This document shows positions 1 through 13,549 of a stretch of 64,000 bases of DNA, piece after piece (the first letter of the stretch is position 1; every line of letters starts with the position of its first letter). Source of the DNA: Botryllus schlosseri (taxonomy: Eukaryota); assembly GCA_051294905.1 (NCBI GenBank), contig CM119383.1:18538001-18602000 (forward strand). Reading direction: 5' to 3'. Position numbers and translations under genes: made by a program. The notes beneath the pieces were generated by a model, which searched no databases, was not told where the DNA came from, and saw only the letters and a list, made by a program, of their open reading frames with translations.

Positions 1-617
1 CAATTACAATATTTATGGGGTGGGGGACCTATGATACCATAGCCAAATCAAGCAAAATAGATGGACCAACTGATCACTTAATAACAGAAACTCGCCTACA
101 TATATATAGGCTGTAAATCATAGTTACCTGTGGTGTTTTATCGCTATTACGAGGTATTCGAAAGTCAAAATGTCGATTTGCGGTAATATGTATGTGGCAT
201 TAATTTTGTAAGTTTAGGCGTAAATCAAAACATGATTTTATGCCAACATTTGAGTTGATATAATCTATTATATTCTTGAAGGTCGCGACGAAACATTCTT
301 CATTGGCTTGCTGTAACTTAGCTTATAGTACACAACAAAACAAGTTAACAAATCTGCGTTTTTGAGCGTATGTCTCGTAGGTCCCATGGTCGTGTGCCTT
401 TGGACCCACCGGGTGTGGACCAATGACACGTTCGAGCAACAAATTTTAAACGTTTATAAATATTATTTGGAAAGGTGGATATTCATGTAAATGTCCGCGA
501 TAGGTGGTGCTTGTATCGAAGTGCTGAGACAGCAAAAGATCTGCTATTCTCGGCTGAAGATTCGAGGGCCGGATATCATTTTGCAATTTTTGATCCATCG
601 ATACCACATCTCCCCTA
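1..617 (-). mobile_element. TA-flanked MITE (Tc1/mariner/pogo-type), partial copy cut by the window start
   Basis: Ends in TGATCCATCGATACCACATCTCCCC+TA (591-617). The interior is a diverged reverse complement of about 816-1410. Confidence 0.8.
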
Positions 618-815
618 CCTCAAACAACAACAAGGGCAGTGAAGGAATGACTATTACTAGGAATGGGAGTATGCATGGTGAAGTTGGTTGATCATCCCAA
701 GGTCAGCGGCCACTCACGACAAAGTGATGTTTCGGTTCTGGTCACCACACACGTGGATGAGATGGCAAGGGTCGTTCTTGGATCTCGCGAGTGCGGATTG
801 TATTCATAAATGGTA

Positions 816-1777
816 GGGGAGATGTGGTACCGATGGATCAAAAATCAGAAAATGATCACTGACCCTGAAATGTTCAGCCGAAAACAGCATATCTTTTGTT
901 GGCTCAGCACTTTGATACGAGCTCTACCTATCGCGCACATATACATGAATATCCGTCTTTTCAAAAAATATTTATGGGCGTTCAAAATTTGTTGCTCGAA
1001 CGTGTCATCGGTCCCCACCCGGTGGGTCCAATGACACACGACCCGGGGACCTATGACACATATACCATAAAAAATTCAAATGTTACTACTTTTCTTGCTC
1101 AGTATTATAATCTAAGCTACAGCAAGCCAAAGAGGAATGTTTGGTCGCAACTGTCAAAAAATAGAATAAATATTAACTCAAATGTTGTCATAAAATCACG
1201 TTTCGATTTAGGCTCGGACTTATAAATTTGAGGGTACATACATATTGTCCGAAAATCGACAGTGTGACTTCCAAATACCTCGTTATAGCGATAAAACATC
1301 ATATGCAATTATTACATAAAGATTTTCTGTACGTAGACATGTTTCATTTGTTTCATGATTAGTATGCTTGATTATTTTGCTTGATTTGGCTATTGTATCA
1401 TCGGTCCCCACCCTACGAATTTTATACATGAATCGAAAAAAAGTCCACTCAAGGAAAGTACTGAAAAAAATAATAGGTGCCATTATATAGCATGATACAA
1501 GTCCTACACTTCACAATAAAAATGATTGCTGGTTTGTTCGTGTTGAAGGTTACAAGGAAAAATGTATATGTCGATCTAAATTTAGTTTACACCCCCTAAA
1601 ACAAAAATCATCTGTGAGAGACCCCATTGCTCGCGCACATCGAATTTTTTTGTATGTGAGGAAAGATTTTGCGAGCATGCAATTGTAGACAAGTTCACGG
1701 AGTGTAATCATGGAATTATCATAGAGAATTTTCAAAGTATTTTCGGTCCCAGTGATCCATCGGTACCACATCTCCCC
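816..1777 (+). mobile_element. Complete non-autonomous MITE, Tc1/mariner/pogo-type
   Basis: Perfect 25-bp TIRs GGGGAGATGTGGTACCGATGGATCA (816-840 and 1753-1777), flanked by TA on both sides. No transposase ORF. Confidence 0.88.
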
Positions 1778-2052
1778 TACTGATGTCACCCCTAAAAGGA
1801 AGGATGATCTGGTGCTAATATGTCCCCGACTGCTGACTATATATTATATATAAGGTATTATAACAGCTTAATCGCAGTATATGCGCTCAATATGCGTTCT
1901 CTGAAATCGAAATGTCCGCATGACGGAATGATATTTTTCGATGTCTCTCAGGCACCAGCCCAAAATCTGCGTGCAAGTTTCGCGATATATTCTGACAATA
2001 TTCATCGAATTAATGATACATCCATTTGTAAAAAACATATGTTACAGCTTAC

Positions 2053-2205
2053 CTTGTTTGCCTTCGAATTTGATAACTCCCGTAAATCATTATGCTTGAG
2101 ATAGACATGTTGGTCAGGAAATTCTATTGGTTCTGCGTCAAGGAGTTTGAGCAAATAGAGAGCTGACGCGAAGACAGGAGCGTATTCCAAGGCTAAAGAC
2201 GAGTC
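2053..2205 (-). CDS. Predicted downstream exon of the NLR/NACHT gene (51 codons, DSSLALEYAPVF...NSKANK)
   Basis: Acceptor TTTCTGCCTCCACAG| and donor AAG|GTAAGC. Phase 0/0 and open, compatible with the upstream exon. Confidence 0.6.
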
Positions 2206-2583
2206 CTGTGGAGGCAGAAATACTTGGTCATGCAGCCATCGACGCGGAAATTGGATATGTTACAGTGGTTCCGCGGAACATTTTTCAATAGAAGAGAATG
2301 AAATTAACCAATGACATAATCTCCTATTATTATTTAATTTTGGCTGGGAAAAGTTGAGAACTTAAAGTGCAATGCGTGGTACATGAGAAATACCAACGGG
2401 TTGTAGTTGTAGGATATAAGGGATAGCACAACCTTATATAACAAAAAGGGCAAAAATAAAATCGAAAAATAAAGAGATTTCATCGCACGAATTTAATATG
2501 CGACTTGTTTTTTATTACGAATGCCATGAATGCCCCCAAGTAAGTTTAAGGTAGATACATAGGCAGTAGACTGATATATAACT

Positions 2584-2619
2584 TATATATATATTATATA
2601 TATATATATGTATATATAT
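2584..2619. repeat. (AT)n microsatellite
   Basis: Directly visible TA run. Confidence 0.9.
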
Positions 2620-2710
2620 TTGAACGTACATTCCAAATAATACCCAAAAAATGAATTATTAACAACACGTTGCTCTTGCATCGAAAATTGGAAGTTGGAT
2701 TGTGAAATAC

Positions 2711-2839
2711 CTTTAAAATAAACCTCCCGGCAACCGAACCAAATATCTCGGTCACATCATCTTCGATGATCAATTTGATGTCATCCGTTTTCCGCACTGT
2801 GAACTGGAGCACCTTAATATTGTACACATTTGTGACATC
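2711..2839 (-). CDS. Predicted exon of the NLR/NACHT gene (43 codons, DVTNVYNIKVLQF...RFILK)
   Basis: Acceptor ATACACAG|GAT and donor AAG|GTATTT. Phase 0/0, lies within ORF 2594-2860. Confidence 0.55.
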
Positions 2840-4608
2840 CTGTGTATCAAATTCAACCAAGAAGATCGTATAGCGATGTTAATCTACGTATATGTGACTT
2901 GTCATAATTTTATCGGTGATGATATCTTGTAGCAAACAAGGATTCAATTGTGTATTCTCAATAAACGGTTGACTAATGTACCTATAAGCGATATAACAAC
3001 ACAGTTTCCAAAGTAAGAGACAGGACGCTGGATACGATAATTTAGAGGTCGACATATATTATTCAGAACCAGACCTAGAAAACATGTCTGAATTGGAAGT
3101 AACTGGTGAGTACGAATGCACATAACTATTGTAGCTGTTAGTTGTTACTCAAAATATATTTCTTGTTGGTCCGAGATCCAACATCAACATTGCTGCAGAA
3201 TGCACTGACAAGGGCTAAATTATTGAAAAATTACTCATTTCCTTTCCAGGCCGTATCCTATACAATGTCTTTTTAACCAAAACAACAGACATTTGAAGGA
3301 ATATTACTTGAGTGTCAATGAAGCCAGTTATGGTCTGCTCAATTAGAAAACAAACTTATGTAGTATCCTACTCCAATGTAGCGGCGCCTTAAGCGTCAGG
3401 CCAAAAGTACCATACGTTCGAAATGTTTCAACTTATGACCAGACCTGACTCGGGTTAACACATATCCAAATCCCGCCAAAGATGTGCACCCTCGGCAATA
3501 GCAGATGTGTGCCACCTATGCAGAGAAATCTTCTGCGCCAACGGAGAAGCGATAATTTTGAATGGAGCAAGGCACGAGATATGGCTGACTAATTAAATTT
3601 ATGGCTCTGTTTGTTCGAGCTATAGACTCAAATCGGTCCGAGGGACATAAATACCGACGCCGCTAATATATATGTGTAGGCTGAAATTGAATATGAATAT
3701 TTTCAACAATATGTTCAACAACCTTAAAAATAAATCTGTTTTGCTATTGTCCATGGGCGTGCCTCCAAATACAACCTCCGCTGCCGTAGCACTGAGTCTT
3801 GATTAAATGTAAAAATCCCTAGGATGCATTTGAAGTTATAGATCGACAGTTCTGGGATTTCTAACGAAATTACACCATTCTCACTTTTCAACTTAGATAC
3901 ATAAATTCTGATTCATCTGGACCTCGTTAAAGAAGTGAGCGAAGTGCTGTTGCTGAAAAATTGTTTCCCCGCAGATCTATTTTGTCAACCTGTTGAAACG
4001 AAAGTATGCCTCACGTAACGTAATATCAAACATATGATCTTGCAACATATGATCATCTTCGAAACAAAAATTTTAGCAGTCCGGGTTGATTTACTTAATT
4101 AGATGATGGTTTCAACATGAACGTCTCGTAACAGTATGTGACGTGGAGCTCGTTTGCAATGCTTAGATTAGTGGATCCTAGAATCGCGCACTTGGAAGCG
4201 ATATCGCCCACGTTGGGAACCACAGGCGTATATGAATCATAAATCCAACTAATGTTGCACAAGAACTTATTTGAAGTAGGGTTGAAATTGCTTGGGATAA
4301 AGTGGTGTATATGCAGCCATAGGTACCAAATAACTTGCCATACAATATCAGTTTCCTTCCATAACCAAATTATGACAAATGTGGTAATGATTTCTTTGTA
4401 AACACCACCCGTTCATTGTAGAAAGATTTGATGACCTGTTTACAGCTGCTAACAGTGGGATTTCGTATTGGGTCATCAATATTAACTCTAATAGTCAAAA
4501 TAGTAGCATTGAATTCGAAGTCATGAGATAACACTGTTTCTAGTCATTTTTAGTTCTTGAACAGCATGCATACCTCGTTCAATGTTAGCTTAATCTTCTA
4601 AAACTCAC

Positions 4609-4922
4609 GGTAATCTCATGCTTCAGAGAGGTTGCAATAATATCGATGGTCTTGTCGTCGATGTTACAGCGGTATAAAGTCAAAGACGAGAGACGTCCTC
4701 TTCTGTTCGCTAACGATCCAATTATATGAGCGTCATATGGATTCAAATAGATGTTTAACACATCAATATCTTTATGATGTTTTAAAAGTTCGTTGTTATT
4801 CGCCTCATAAACTGCAGTATATAATTCCATCCGAATAAAAGCCTTTTCATCTTCGTGAACCTCCTTGAGTTGCTTACAAATCGACTTTGCAAGCAATGTT
4901 CTCTTTTTGGTCTCATCTGGGA
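4609..4922 (-). CDS. NLR exon after NACHT, with a degenerate LRR (LSSLTLYRCNIDD)
   Basis: Acceptor ATATCCCACCAG|TC in phase 1 matches the phase-1 end of the NACHT exon; donor ACC|GTGAGT. 314 nt open. LxxLxLxxCxIxD is a ribonuclease-inhibitor-type LRR pattern. Confidence 0.75.
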
Positions 4923-6497
4923 CTGGTGGGATATAAATGAATTCGGTAAATTGCAGTCAATAAAGTTCTCTTACTCTCCACGTTGGGACGTGACACTCCA
5001 TCCTTTCACAGTCGTATACAACCGACTGAATAATTGATGTATAGGCCATCGGTTGGAATCAGAAATCGAACATTCATAAAAGTAGAGATTTTCAAGTAAG
5101 TATAAAAGTAAGAAGTATAGGCCAGTGGTTCTCGTAACCTTTTTGAGCTCGCGCACCGGTAGAACTTCAAACACCAAAAGTCACCCTAAATTAAATTACG
5201 ACAAATACATACAACTTGAATATGACATTGGAAAATTTATTCAATGATGTCTTTTTGATAATATATATTTATACATGGCTCTATTTACGTTTCTGCAAGG
5301 CGAAACTCGCGAAGTCCTATTAACGACCACTACCCTGATTGCGATTGTTCGATATCCTTTAAAGAAATGCAACTTGGCTACTTGCTAGCTCTGATACATT
5401 ACTAAGTCTCGCCCAATTACATTGTCGTAATTCAATATTTGTTTGCCAGAAACGAGCTAGTTTTAAACAATTTCGTATAGCACTTGCATCAATGTGCAAC
5501 GCCCAAGTTAAACCATGAGCTCTCTATTGCGATACCATACGAAAAATACGTTCCTAACTTCTAAATAAACGCAAAGTTTTCTGTTTTATATCTCCAATTA
5601 ATGGACAATCACCCAATTTCTTGCTCATTGAAACTGAGATATCAAATTCGAATACATCTGGCAAACCGGCCGGAAACTTGCTGCGGACCGGCGGTTGCGA
5701 ACCACTGGCCATAGGCGTAGTTTTGCCTGGAAAACGGAAAACTGTCAAGTAGAATTTGAAGTAGAAAAGCTTTGTTTCTGACCACTTTTGTTGATACATA
5801 TATTTAGATTTGGTGTTTTTACCCTCAAAACTATCAGACAATTACATTTTTTAAACATTTAAAAATGGAATTGATAGAACGCTCTCACTTTTAATTTCCA
5901 CTATTAGTATAACGGAAATAATGCGATCGCTTCGAGTTCTGCACTAATCGTTTTCAACGCAAAGGCAGTAAAATGCTCATATCACGAGGAGATTTATTCC
6001 ATGGGTTACCAATCACTGGTCCGTGGACCGCTTTGGGGTACGAAGCACCAAATCAGTCGGTATGAGATGCATTGTGGAATTAGTCCTATACGCTATCTGG
6101 AACCCTAAATTATTTCGCAAACCTACAAATATGGGTAGATTTATTTAAAAATCTTTATTCGCGCTATTGCGAATTTATGTAAATGGAATTTTTGATTTTA
6201 ATATAGGTACCATCAGAAGATGAGTTGAAAATGAAAAGAAGGCACGACAAATTTGATTGAAAGTTTACGGGGAACGAGCGCTAAAAATCCAGAAGCACTA
6301 CACTGCATATTGACAGCTCCCAAAGACTATAATGCTTGAATTACGCAGTCTACCACGTGTAACGCATCCAAGCATACAAAGATCACAATTTTATCTGCGT
6401 CGTATATGTACTCTTTCACTATACCGGTGTTTTCAAAGTATCAAAGTTATTGTACTTCATTGAAAAACAAACATTAAAAACGATGATTTGATTAAAA

Positions 6498-6807
6498 TAG
6501 TGGTTCTCAAACTGGGAGGTGCGTCCCCCTTCGACGGCATGAAAGCATCCGAAGCGGGCGCAAAGCTGCGGTCAACTTGGAATTTTTTTTCGCGCTTCAC
6601 CTCCAATCCACACTGTTTGCTCTGTATATAGTCTGAATTTTATATTTAAGAATTCTCTCATCAACAGTCATAACCCTTCCATACCATCAAACTATCCATT
6701 GGGATTGCTAGCATTCTGGTGGAGTTTTGTGATATGACGATAAGGGTTGCACGAAATCTTTTACTATCATAAAGGGGGGCGTGTCTGAAAAGATTTTAAA
6801 ACCACTG
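6498..6807. mobile_element. hAT-type MITE
   Basis: Ends TAGTGGTTCTCAA ... AAAACCACTG, with a perfect 8-bp TSD GATTAAAA. Confidence 0.8.
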
Positions 6808-7517
6808 GATTAAAACGTTGAAGTACGATTCAAATTTGGGTAATTCGATTTGGAGCAGCCATAACAGAAACGAAACATGCACCTAATGTACGGCTAAGCC
6901 AGGGGTTCTCAAACTGTGAGCCACTGGCGCAATTTAAGGTAGGCCACAAAGCCATTTGGAAAATTGTAGTGATAGTGAAAGTTTAGTTATATTTGTTATG
7001 TGATTCGCTCGAAAATATATTCATGTTATCGAATTATATGTAGCTTACTTAAAGCTTCTGATCAGACGTAGTGGCTCGTATAGAGTCACAACGTACAAGT
7101 CGAAAATGGGAGGTGAAAACAGCGGCTTTTGTCGCCCCGCGGCTATGACCACGACTAACAGCAACGAAAATAATTCCGATTTTATAATTACTGGAAGTTA
7201 ATGCTAAAGTAATCAAGTATTCCGGCGGGGTCATACATCGTATGCCGTGGAAACGGGTGTGCATTAAACTCGGACAAAGAGCATTTAATGTAGATGAACG
7301 TACTCCTGTAGGTCGTATCATGCTAATATAAAAATACTCATGATTGCAATTTATTGTCAATTATCAACTTCCTGTGGATGTATAGAGTACCACCGCAACG
7401 AATCGTTATGCATTGAAGATTTGGCGCAGCACATTAGTCTTTGGAACCGGTTTAAAACGTCCGGCCTTGAGATCATTAATGTACATGTACAATTGTACAT
7501 AATGTAAGGGTCACGTA

Positions 7518-7952
7518 TAGGGTTGCATTTAAAATAAAAATCAATTTAAAACAATCATGTTTAAAACAAGACCTTAATCTAAAACATATTTTTTATTGTT
7601 TTTCATGTTTTTTTTAAAGTCATGACGTCACTAATATTCAATTGTTACGTCATAGTGGACTGACATTGACAATTGACAATATAGGGTAAAAATAGCTCAT
7701 TTGACGAAATATCTGTACTGTTGCTGTTGAACCGACTATTCTGAGGGTTCCAACCATATCATGTCGATATACGTCGGTTTTATCGGGTGGTAATTGTCCG
7801 TAAGCTCATACAACATGTTTTTTTGTAGAATATTCACACAATTATGGCATAACTTTACAAATTGTGTTTTTGTAGGCCTTTTTTTAAACACTGTTTAAAC
7901 CATGTTTTAAACAAAGTATTTCAAAACACCGTTTGTTTTAAATGCAACCCTA
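7518..7952. mobile_element. MITE with TAGGGTTGCATTTAAAA TIRs (8-bp TSD class)
   Basis: 17-bp TIRs; flanks GTCACGTA and GTCACGTG (7/8 match). Confidence 0.8.
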
Positions 7953-8612
7953 GTCACGTGAATTGATTTGATTGTATCATTAGAATGAATGTTCTGACAT
8001 CGCAACTTCGATGGGTAGCCTACAAGACAGACTATGTACGTTAAACAGCTTGCATATTAAGAAATTTTTTCTCCACTTTTCTATAGTATCCCATTCACCA
8101 AATAACTGTTTGAAGCTGGATCATAATGTTATTCCCACCATAGTGGACCCAAAACCACAATCACACAGCGGATACGGAGATTAGATAATTGGGTTTCGCG
8201 ACGTTAGTGGAACAGTAGACGGCCATAATATACACAAGAGTCATACAATCTGCCATGGCCGTAAGTTTCGTACCCAAAACCCCCAATTGGGGGAAGCTCG
8301 CAGGGGCCCAAAACAATTTAGTTGGTCGTTTTTTATGGGGAGATATATTGAATTGAAAATGATTGTCGCGCATCGCTCGATTTCATGTCCCTAGCGGTTA
8401 AGTTTCAAATAGTAACAGAAGAATGCGGATGTTTTAGATTAATAGGTATATCGGCGCCGGAGACTATCACGCATTGAACAGGACTATGACTCGAGGAAAA
8501 GAGGTGGGCATCAGAACATTTTCAAGCCGTAAAATGGGCCACGGCCAAAGAAAGGCTGGGAACCCCTGGGCTAAGCCTATGTCTACTGAGGTACAAAATA
8601 ATGCATGCTTAC

Positions 8613-10139
8613 CTTTATGAAGCTCATATCTTGATACCGAGCATAGTATGCCTGTAAGAAATCTAAGAACGACGGACCATCGTTGCTCTCGCAGATGTTG
8701 TGACTCGAAGCGCGAGAATTCAGTGAAGTCCATTTCGGCTACGTAACTCGCTGCTAAAAATTCCTGCATGCTTTGATGACAGAAGAAGAAAATAAAATCG
8801 TCCTGCCTCAAATAACGGGTCATGAAAACGTCATTCGGAACTTTAGTCATTACATCTTGCACGGATTCTGCGGAAAGTCCGCCTTTTGTCAAGTCCGTGT
8901 CCCTGAATACGACCTTCCCTTCATCAATGCCTGTAAACGCGATTTTCTTCAATTTTTTTAGTATTTCTTTAATGGCTTCCCGATTGCGGAAATTGTTGAC
9001 TCTGTGAAGGCACTCTACAATTCTATCGTACAGTTCTGTAACGCTGGTTGGTGGATCTCGTCCCCTGTCCTCCTTCACGACAAATACTGTGAGAAATAGG
9101 AAGAGCGGTACAGAAACTAAATAGACCAACCACGGCGACATTATTTCTATGTTTTTCCAAATTACACCTCCCCGCTCTTTAGCTAGAAAATGAACAAATA
9201 GCTTGCGCGCGTCGTCTCGTGTCAGACCATTCAGAGTAATAATAGTCTCTGGTCGGGCCGTTGCCGGTAGCTCCGACACCTTAAATTCACGCATTGATAT
9301 AAGGATTTTGACCTCGCAAAGGATGTTACGCGATAAGATGTTGTACATGATAGTGGAAGTGCTCGCTTTGTCGTAGTCTCTTATTTTACGGAGACTGTCT
9401 TCAGAAAAATTCCATCTAGCTTGATCAAGACCATCAAAAATTAAGATGACTTCCGACTGGTGCTCATTCAACCATTTACATGCCTGTTTCTCTTCGTCCT
9501 CACTCTGGTAAAGACCATGGAATAAAAATTCCCATACTGTAGTGGATTCCTTCTTTTCGATATTTTTAATTTCGATATAGTGCACCATTCTTTTTCCGTG
9601 AAAAGGCACATCTTTCACACGCTGCTGCTTTCGCAAGACGTTGAGAACATTTGTAGCAATCCTACGAGTTAAAGTTGTTTTTCCGGATCCAGCTGATCCG
9701 ACAATAGCCGTGACACCAACTACATTTGACGACCTAGATTCACGACTTTTCCAAATCGATGCAAGTATCTCGTCATAACTGATAGCTTGATCTGCATTGT
9801 CGTCAAGACGGCCAGAGAGCTCCACTTTCTCCGTCAACTGGCTTCGCGAAATATGTTGCATCGAGAGAGCCCTCAATTCAATGTCTAGGCGACCTTTATA
9901 GAAATCGTCAACGTCAACTTTTCGCATTTTTGGATGGACCACGAAGTCTGGCTCGTGAAATTTTTCATGCTTGTGATCAGCAAGGACGCTGATATTCGTT
10001 CTTTTCTGAGTGTGTCTGTGGACGGCCTTTATTAGTTGTCGTTCTGTGATAAGAGATCGGGCAGTTTCAAATTTATGATTGTTCACCGCCTGCTCATACG
10101 AAGTGGTTATTTGGGAGTATGACAAACTCCGATATTGTT
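8613..10139 (-). CDS. NACHT-domain exon of an NLR-like innate immune receptor
   Basis: Within ORF 8467-10317. Walker A IVGSAGSGKTT, Walker B VILIFDGLDQ, xVPLFL motif and winged-helix FFCHQSMQEFLAA. Acceptor GTTGTAG|AA and donor AAAG|GTAAGC give a 1527-nt phase 1/1 exon. Confidence 0.92.
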
Positions 10140-12969
10140 CTACAACATTGCGTAGATAAAAGGTTGGTCCACAGCAGTGCTTTTCAACCTGTGGGATGGT
10201 ACGTACTTGTGTGAATGAAAAAAGTTGCAGAGCGGATGAAGAATATGGTGCGAATGAGGTGTATAAAAATTCGTCTGAGTGCGGATGAAAATCGTAAATA
10301 AATGCGGTAGAATTCAAATAAACCTCACAGGAAATTCGAGATCAATGGCTCCCTAAATATTGCCGGTGTGACGCAATTGTAAAGTCTTGTTTGACGCCAC
10401 ACCACTAGTTGTAGTTTGTATGATAGCTTTGTCTCGAACCAGCCGTAGTGAATTAACATTAGCGCACTATAGTTATTACGTAATAAAAAGTAAAGTGGCA
10501 GGAAGGCCTACGTAGCGCATCAGATCATGACGTCAAATTGACGTTCAGCTTCTTTTCTCTGAACAATCATCATATCTTTTAACAACGGTTCGATCAGTGT
10601 GAAGCACGAAGATAGTAGTAAATATCTTCATTATAGACTCAAATTGGTAACCTACTGTAAATGCTGATTTTACCCATTTCAGGGCTCTTAAGGCAGTGGT
10701 ACTTAAACATTTTATACCGCGACCCAAATCAGTGTTTTAGTTGGCTCTAACGACCGAAGCTTCACAATTTGAAAGGGATACCTTTTTAATGTCAGTATGC
10801 TTCGTTTTTACGGGCATATATGACATAGAGGACGTGCAGACAACCTTTGAGCAGTTGCTCGCAACGCAATTCTATGAAGCATACCGCGTGACGTACACGA
10901 TTTCAAATATGGATGCATTATTTTCCCTGTGGGTCGCATTTGTACTGCGGGGCTCAGATTGCAAGGACTGGAACATTTGTTGCCGATCTTTTCGACGGCC
11001 TGACATATCACTTTTGAAGGTTCGGGCCAATCGGCGATCTTTTTGGAACCTAACTTTGCCAAGCCGTGTATATGTTCGCCAAAACTTCATGTCTTCCTAT
11101 TTCCCGGCACGGAAAGGGAAGGACAAGAAATACACGTGTCTAATAGTCCTGCAACAGCTCGTTGCATTCTCCTAGATTAAATTATAACAAAGTTCTCCGA
11201 CGGTGATATACTGTACTAGGAGTCAGGGATATGTTACCCTGCTTGGACTATACCGTTCTTTCAAAATTGCGATTGCTGTTAGATTGATTTATGAAAATTA
11301 GACGTGTTCAAAATAAATCGGGTGCAGTAGTTACGCTCCGATCTTTCCCTGTGCTAATACTAGTTAGAGCTCCCAGAAAAACAAATGTCTGACTGATTTT
11401 ATTATAACATCAAACAAATTTGTATAATATAAGGTTCGGCACATTTTCATGATCACGCCATATCATCGTAAACACTTTTCTCCGTATCTCTTTTTGCTAT
11501 AGTACCCTACACATTGACCTTGGACATGTACAGTACAAACTATCCGCAGTGGAACGCAAGAAGGACAAATAAATTTGTTCGTTGCAAGAGATTCAACAAA
11601 TATTACATGGATAGTAAAAAATCGCTTTAGTGCGGTGGCGACTCAGATTTATACCCGGGTCGCAACGCATACTATAAAAAACCTCTGTCTCAAAGTATGG
11701 GTCGCAAATGGCAGAATGTTGGGTCGCCGCGGCAGCAGAGAGGACTGTTATTATGTACGTGACATGCGTTGATTGTTTTTTCAAAAAATGTATTCGCGCG
11801 ATTTTCAGGGAGATGGATGTAAACATCCACAGTCTTAATTTTGGGTATTATTATTATTAGCAATAGGATAAGCGAGGCACACAGAAAAATGGCTTGATCA
11901 TGTAAATATGCCGTCCTTTTTATTATACAAATTGGTTCGGATTCATGATAAGATTTGTCCGACTGGTTTCTCTGGAAATCACCGTCAAAGGTCGAACACC
12001 GTTGGGATTCTTTATGTACAGGTGTGCATGGTGCAACTATAACGGCTGGGGGCCTACGAGACACGTTCCTCTTTCGTCGCGAAATATGAAGACGTAAAGC
12101 TTTGGCCACATACCGCTGGAAAAGTGTGGTGTCAAAAAGATGGGCGGCGAGAAACCTGTGGCCAAATATCAAGTCGCTGATTGGCAAAAACTTTCGATAT
12201 TGATATACTCGGTCGTTAAAATGATCGGCAGTCGTCCCCGAATAGTTCCGTCCTCGTAATTTGGGGAGACAGAGTAAAAGTACGAATGTGACGCTCGGAG
12301 AAAGTAATAATTCACCCAATTTGAAACAGGCTTCGTAGAGCTGTGTTGTGTACAATTATGGTCTGCGCGTTCTCTATGCCCTACATACCTGTAAAATCGT
12401 AGCATACTAATGTTTAAAATGCAATTTTTCGGATGTGTGAGGCTTGGGTCGCGAAATACCACCAAAACCCTTCGTATCTGTCGGGAAGCCTTTGCCATAC
12501 TCGCGGAAAATATGGTGTATTATTAATAGGAGAGTTGGATGGTTCTAATGAAGACCTGACTATCCAAGCACTAGAAGTTATTGTACAAAATCCAACAACT
12601 TATTTGGCCGAAAACGATTTTAGTGCACTGTAGTTGAAATCAAAAGGAGGAAGTAGAATTGTCTTTTTAGAGATACCCTTTATGGTCTATACCGGTAACT
12701 TACTTGTTGACATCTGAACAAAATACCGGTAAGTAGGTTTATCTTCATGAATGATTCTCAAAAAGGTTGAAAAGCAGTGATCCACAATATAATCGTCCCA
12801 AGTTGTTCATGAGGGCCAAAGTCGTTCAAGTGTTACAAGATTATGACGAACGAAAATTCGTTCGTGCGTGACGTACACATCCGTGACATAGCCTACAACT
12901 CGGTGTGATATTTAAGTCTTAGCACCTTTGATGTGTTTTAGAAGCCTATTTATTTGTTGATCTTACGCT

Positions 12970-13225
12970 GAAAATGAGGCAGAAGATATGTCGGACAGAA
13001 ATGAACTCTTCATGAGACATTTGTATCTATAACAACGACACTTGGTATGGTCAATATAGGAAGGGAGCATAGAAAATTATCAAACGCTTTGGTTGTCAAA
13101 GGTACTTGGAATTGATGACCAAACTACATGAAGATTAGCGTGGTCAAGTGAGACATGGTAGCACGCTGCCACACTCCATCCCTATAAGTAATGGTGGGAA
13201 GTCAGGCTCCAGCAAGCGACAATTA
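12970..13225 (+). mobile_element. Degenerate RTE-clade LINE reverse-transcriptase fragment
   Basis: Translates to FGCQRYLELMTKLHED*RGQVRHGSTLPHSIPISNGGKSG, matching the RTE RT segment FGCP..F..M..LHE...GQVR....S..FPI.NGVKQG. Contains stops and frameshifts. Confidence 0.7.
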
Positions 13226-13549
13226 TAAAGTCTATGCATGAGGCATCGCAAGGCTGGGAGTCTAGCCATATAACAGCGGTTGCTGAAATACGAAAGTTCT
13301 TTTGTCTGTCATTAAGTCTGAAGAATATCGAAGTTCTCATCAACCTTGTCCAGAAAAATCTTCCATCAAGGTCACATCTTTATGTGGGATATGTGAGACC
13401 TACGGTGCGCGGATCGCATCCGCCGGCGCCGACTTCCCTAAGAGTTCTTTACAGAATAATTGATATTTATATTCAATAATCTACAGAATGACACCTTACA
13501 ACACATCATATTTGAAGGTTCGCGAAATTTTGGCAACTTGTAATGTAGA

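Noticed and set aside
3068-3106. Possible 39-nt plus-strand exon (TTCAG|...ACTG|GTGAGT) inside an NLR intron
   Set aside because: Single tiny exon with no partner exons or recognisable peptide; could be chance.
4971-5185. ORF with LRR-like LENLYFYECSISD
   Set aside because: Lies in the pyrimidine-rich stretch before the better, phase-compatible acceptor at 4922 and does not join in frame.
11690-12355. 221-aa minus-strand ORF as the NLR N-terminal exon
   Set aside because: No death-fold or other motif. It runs from a MITE fragment across the antisense of module copy A, and there are no convincing splice sites.
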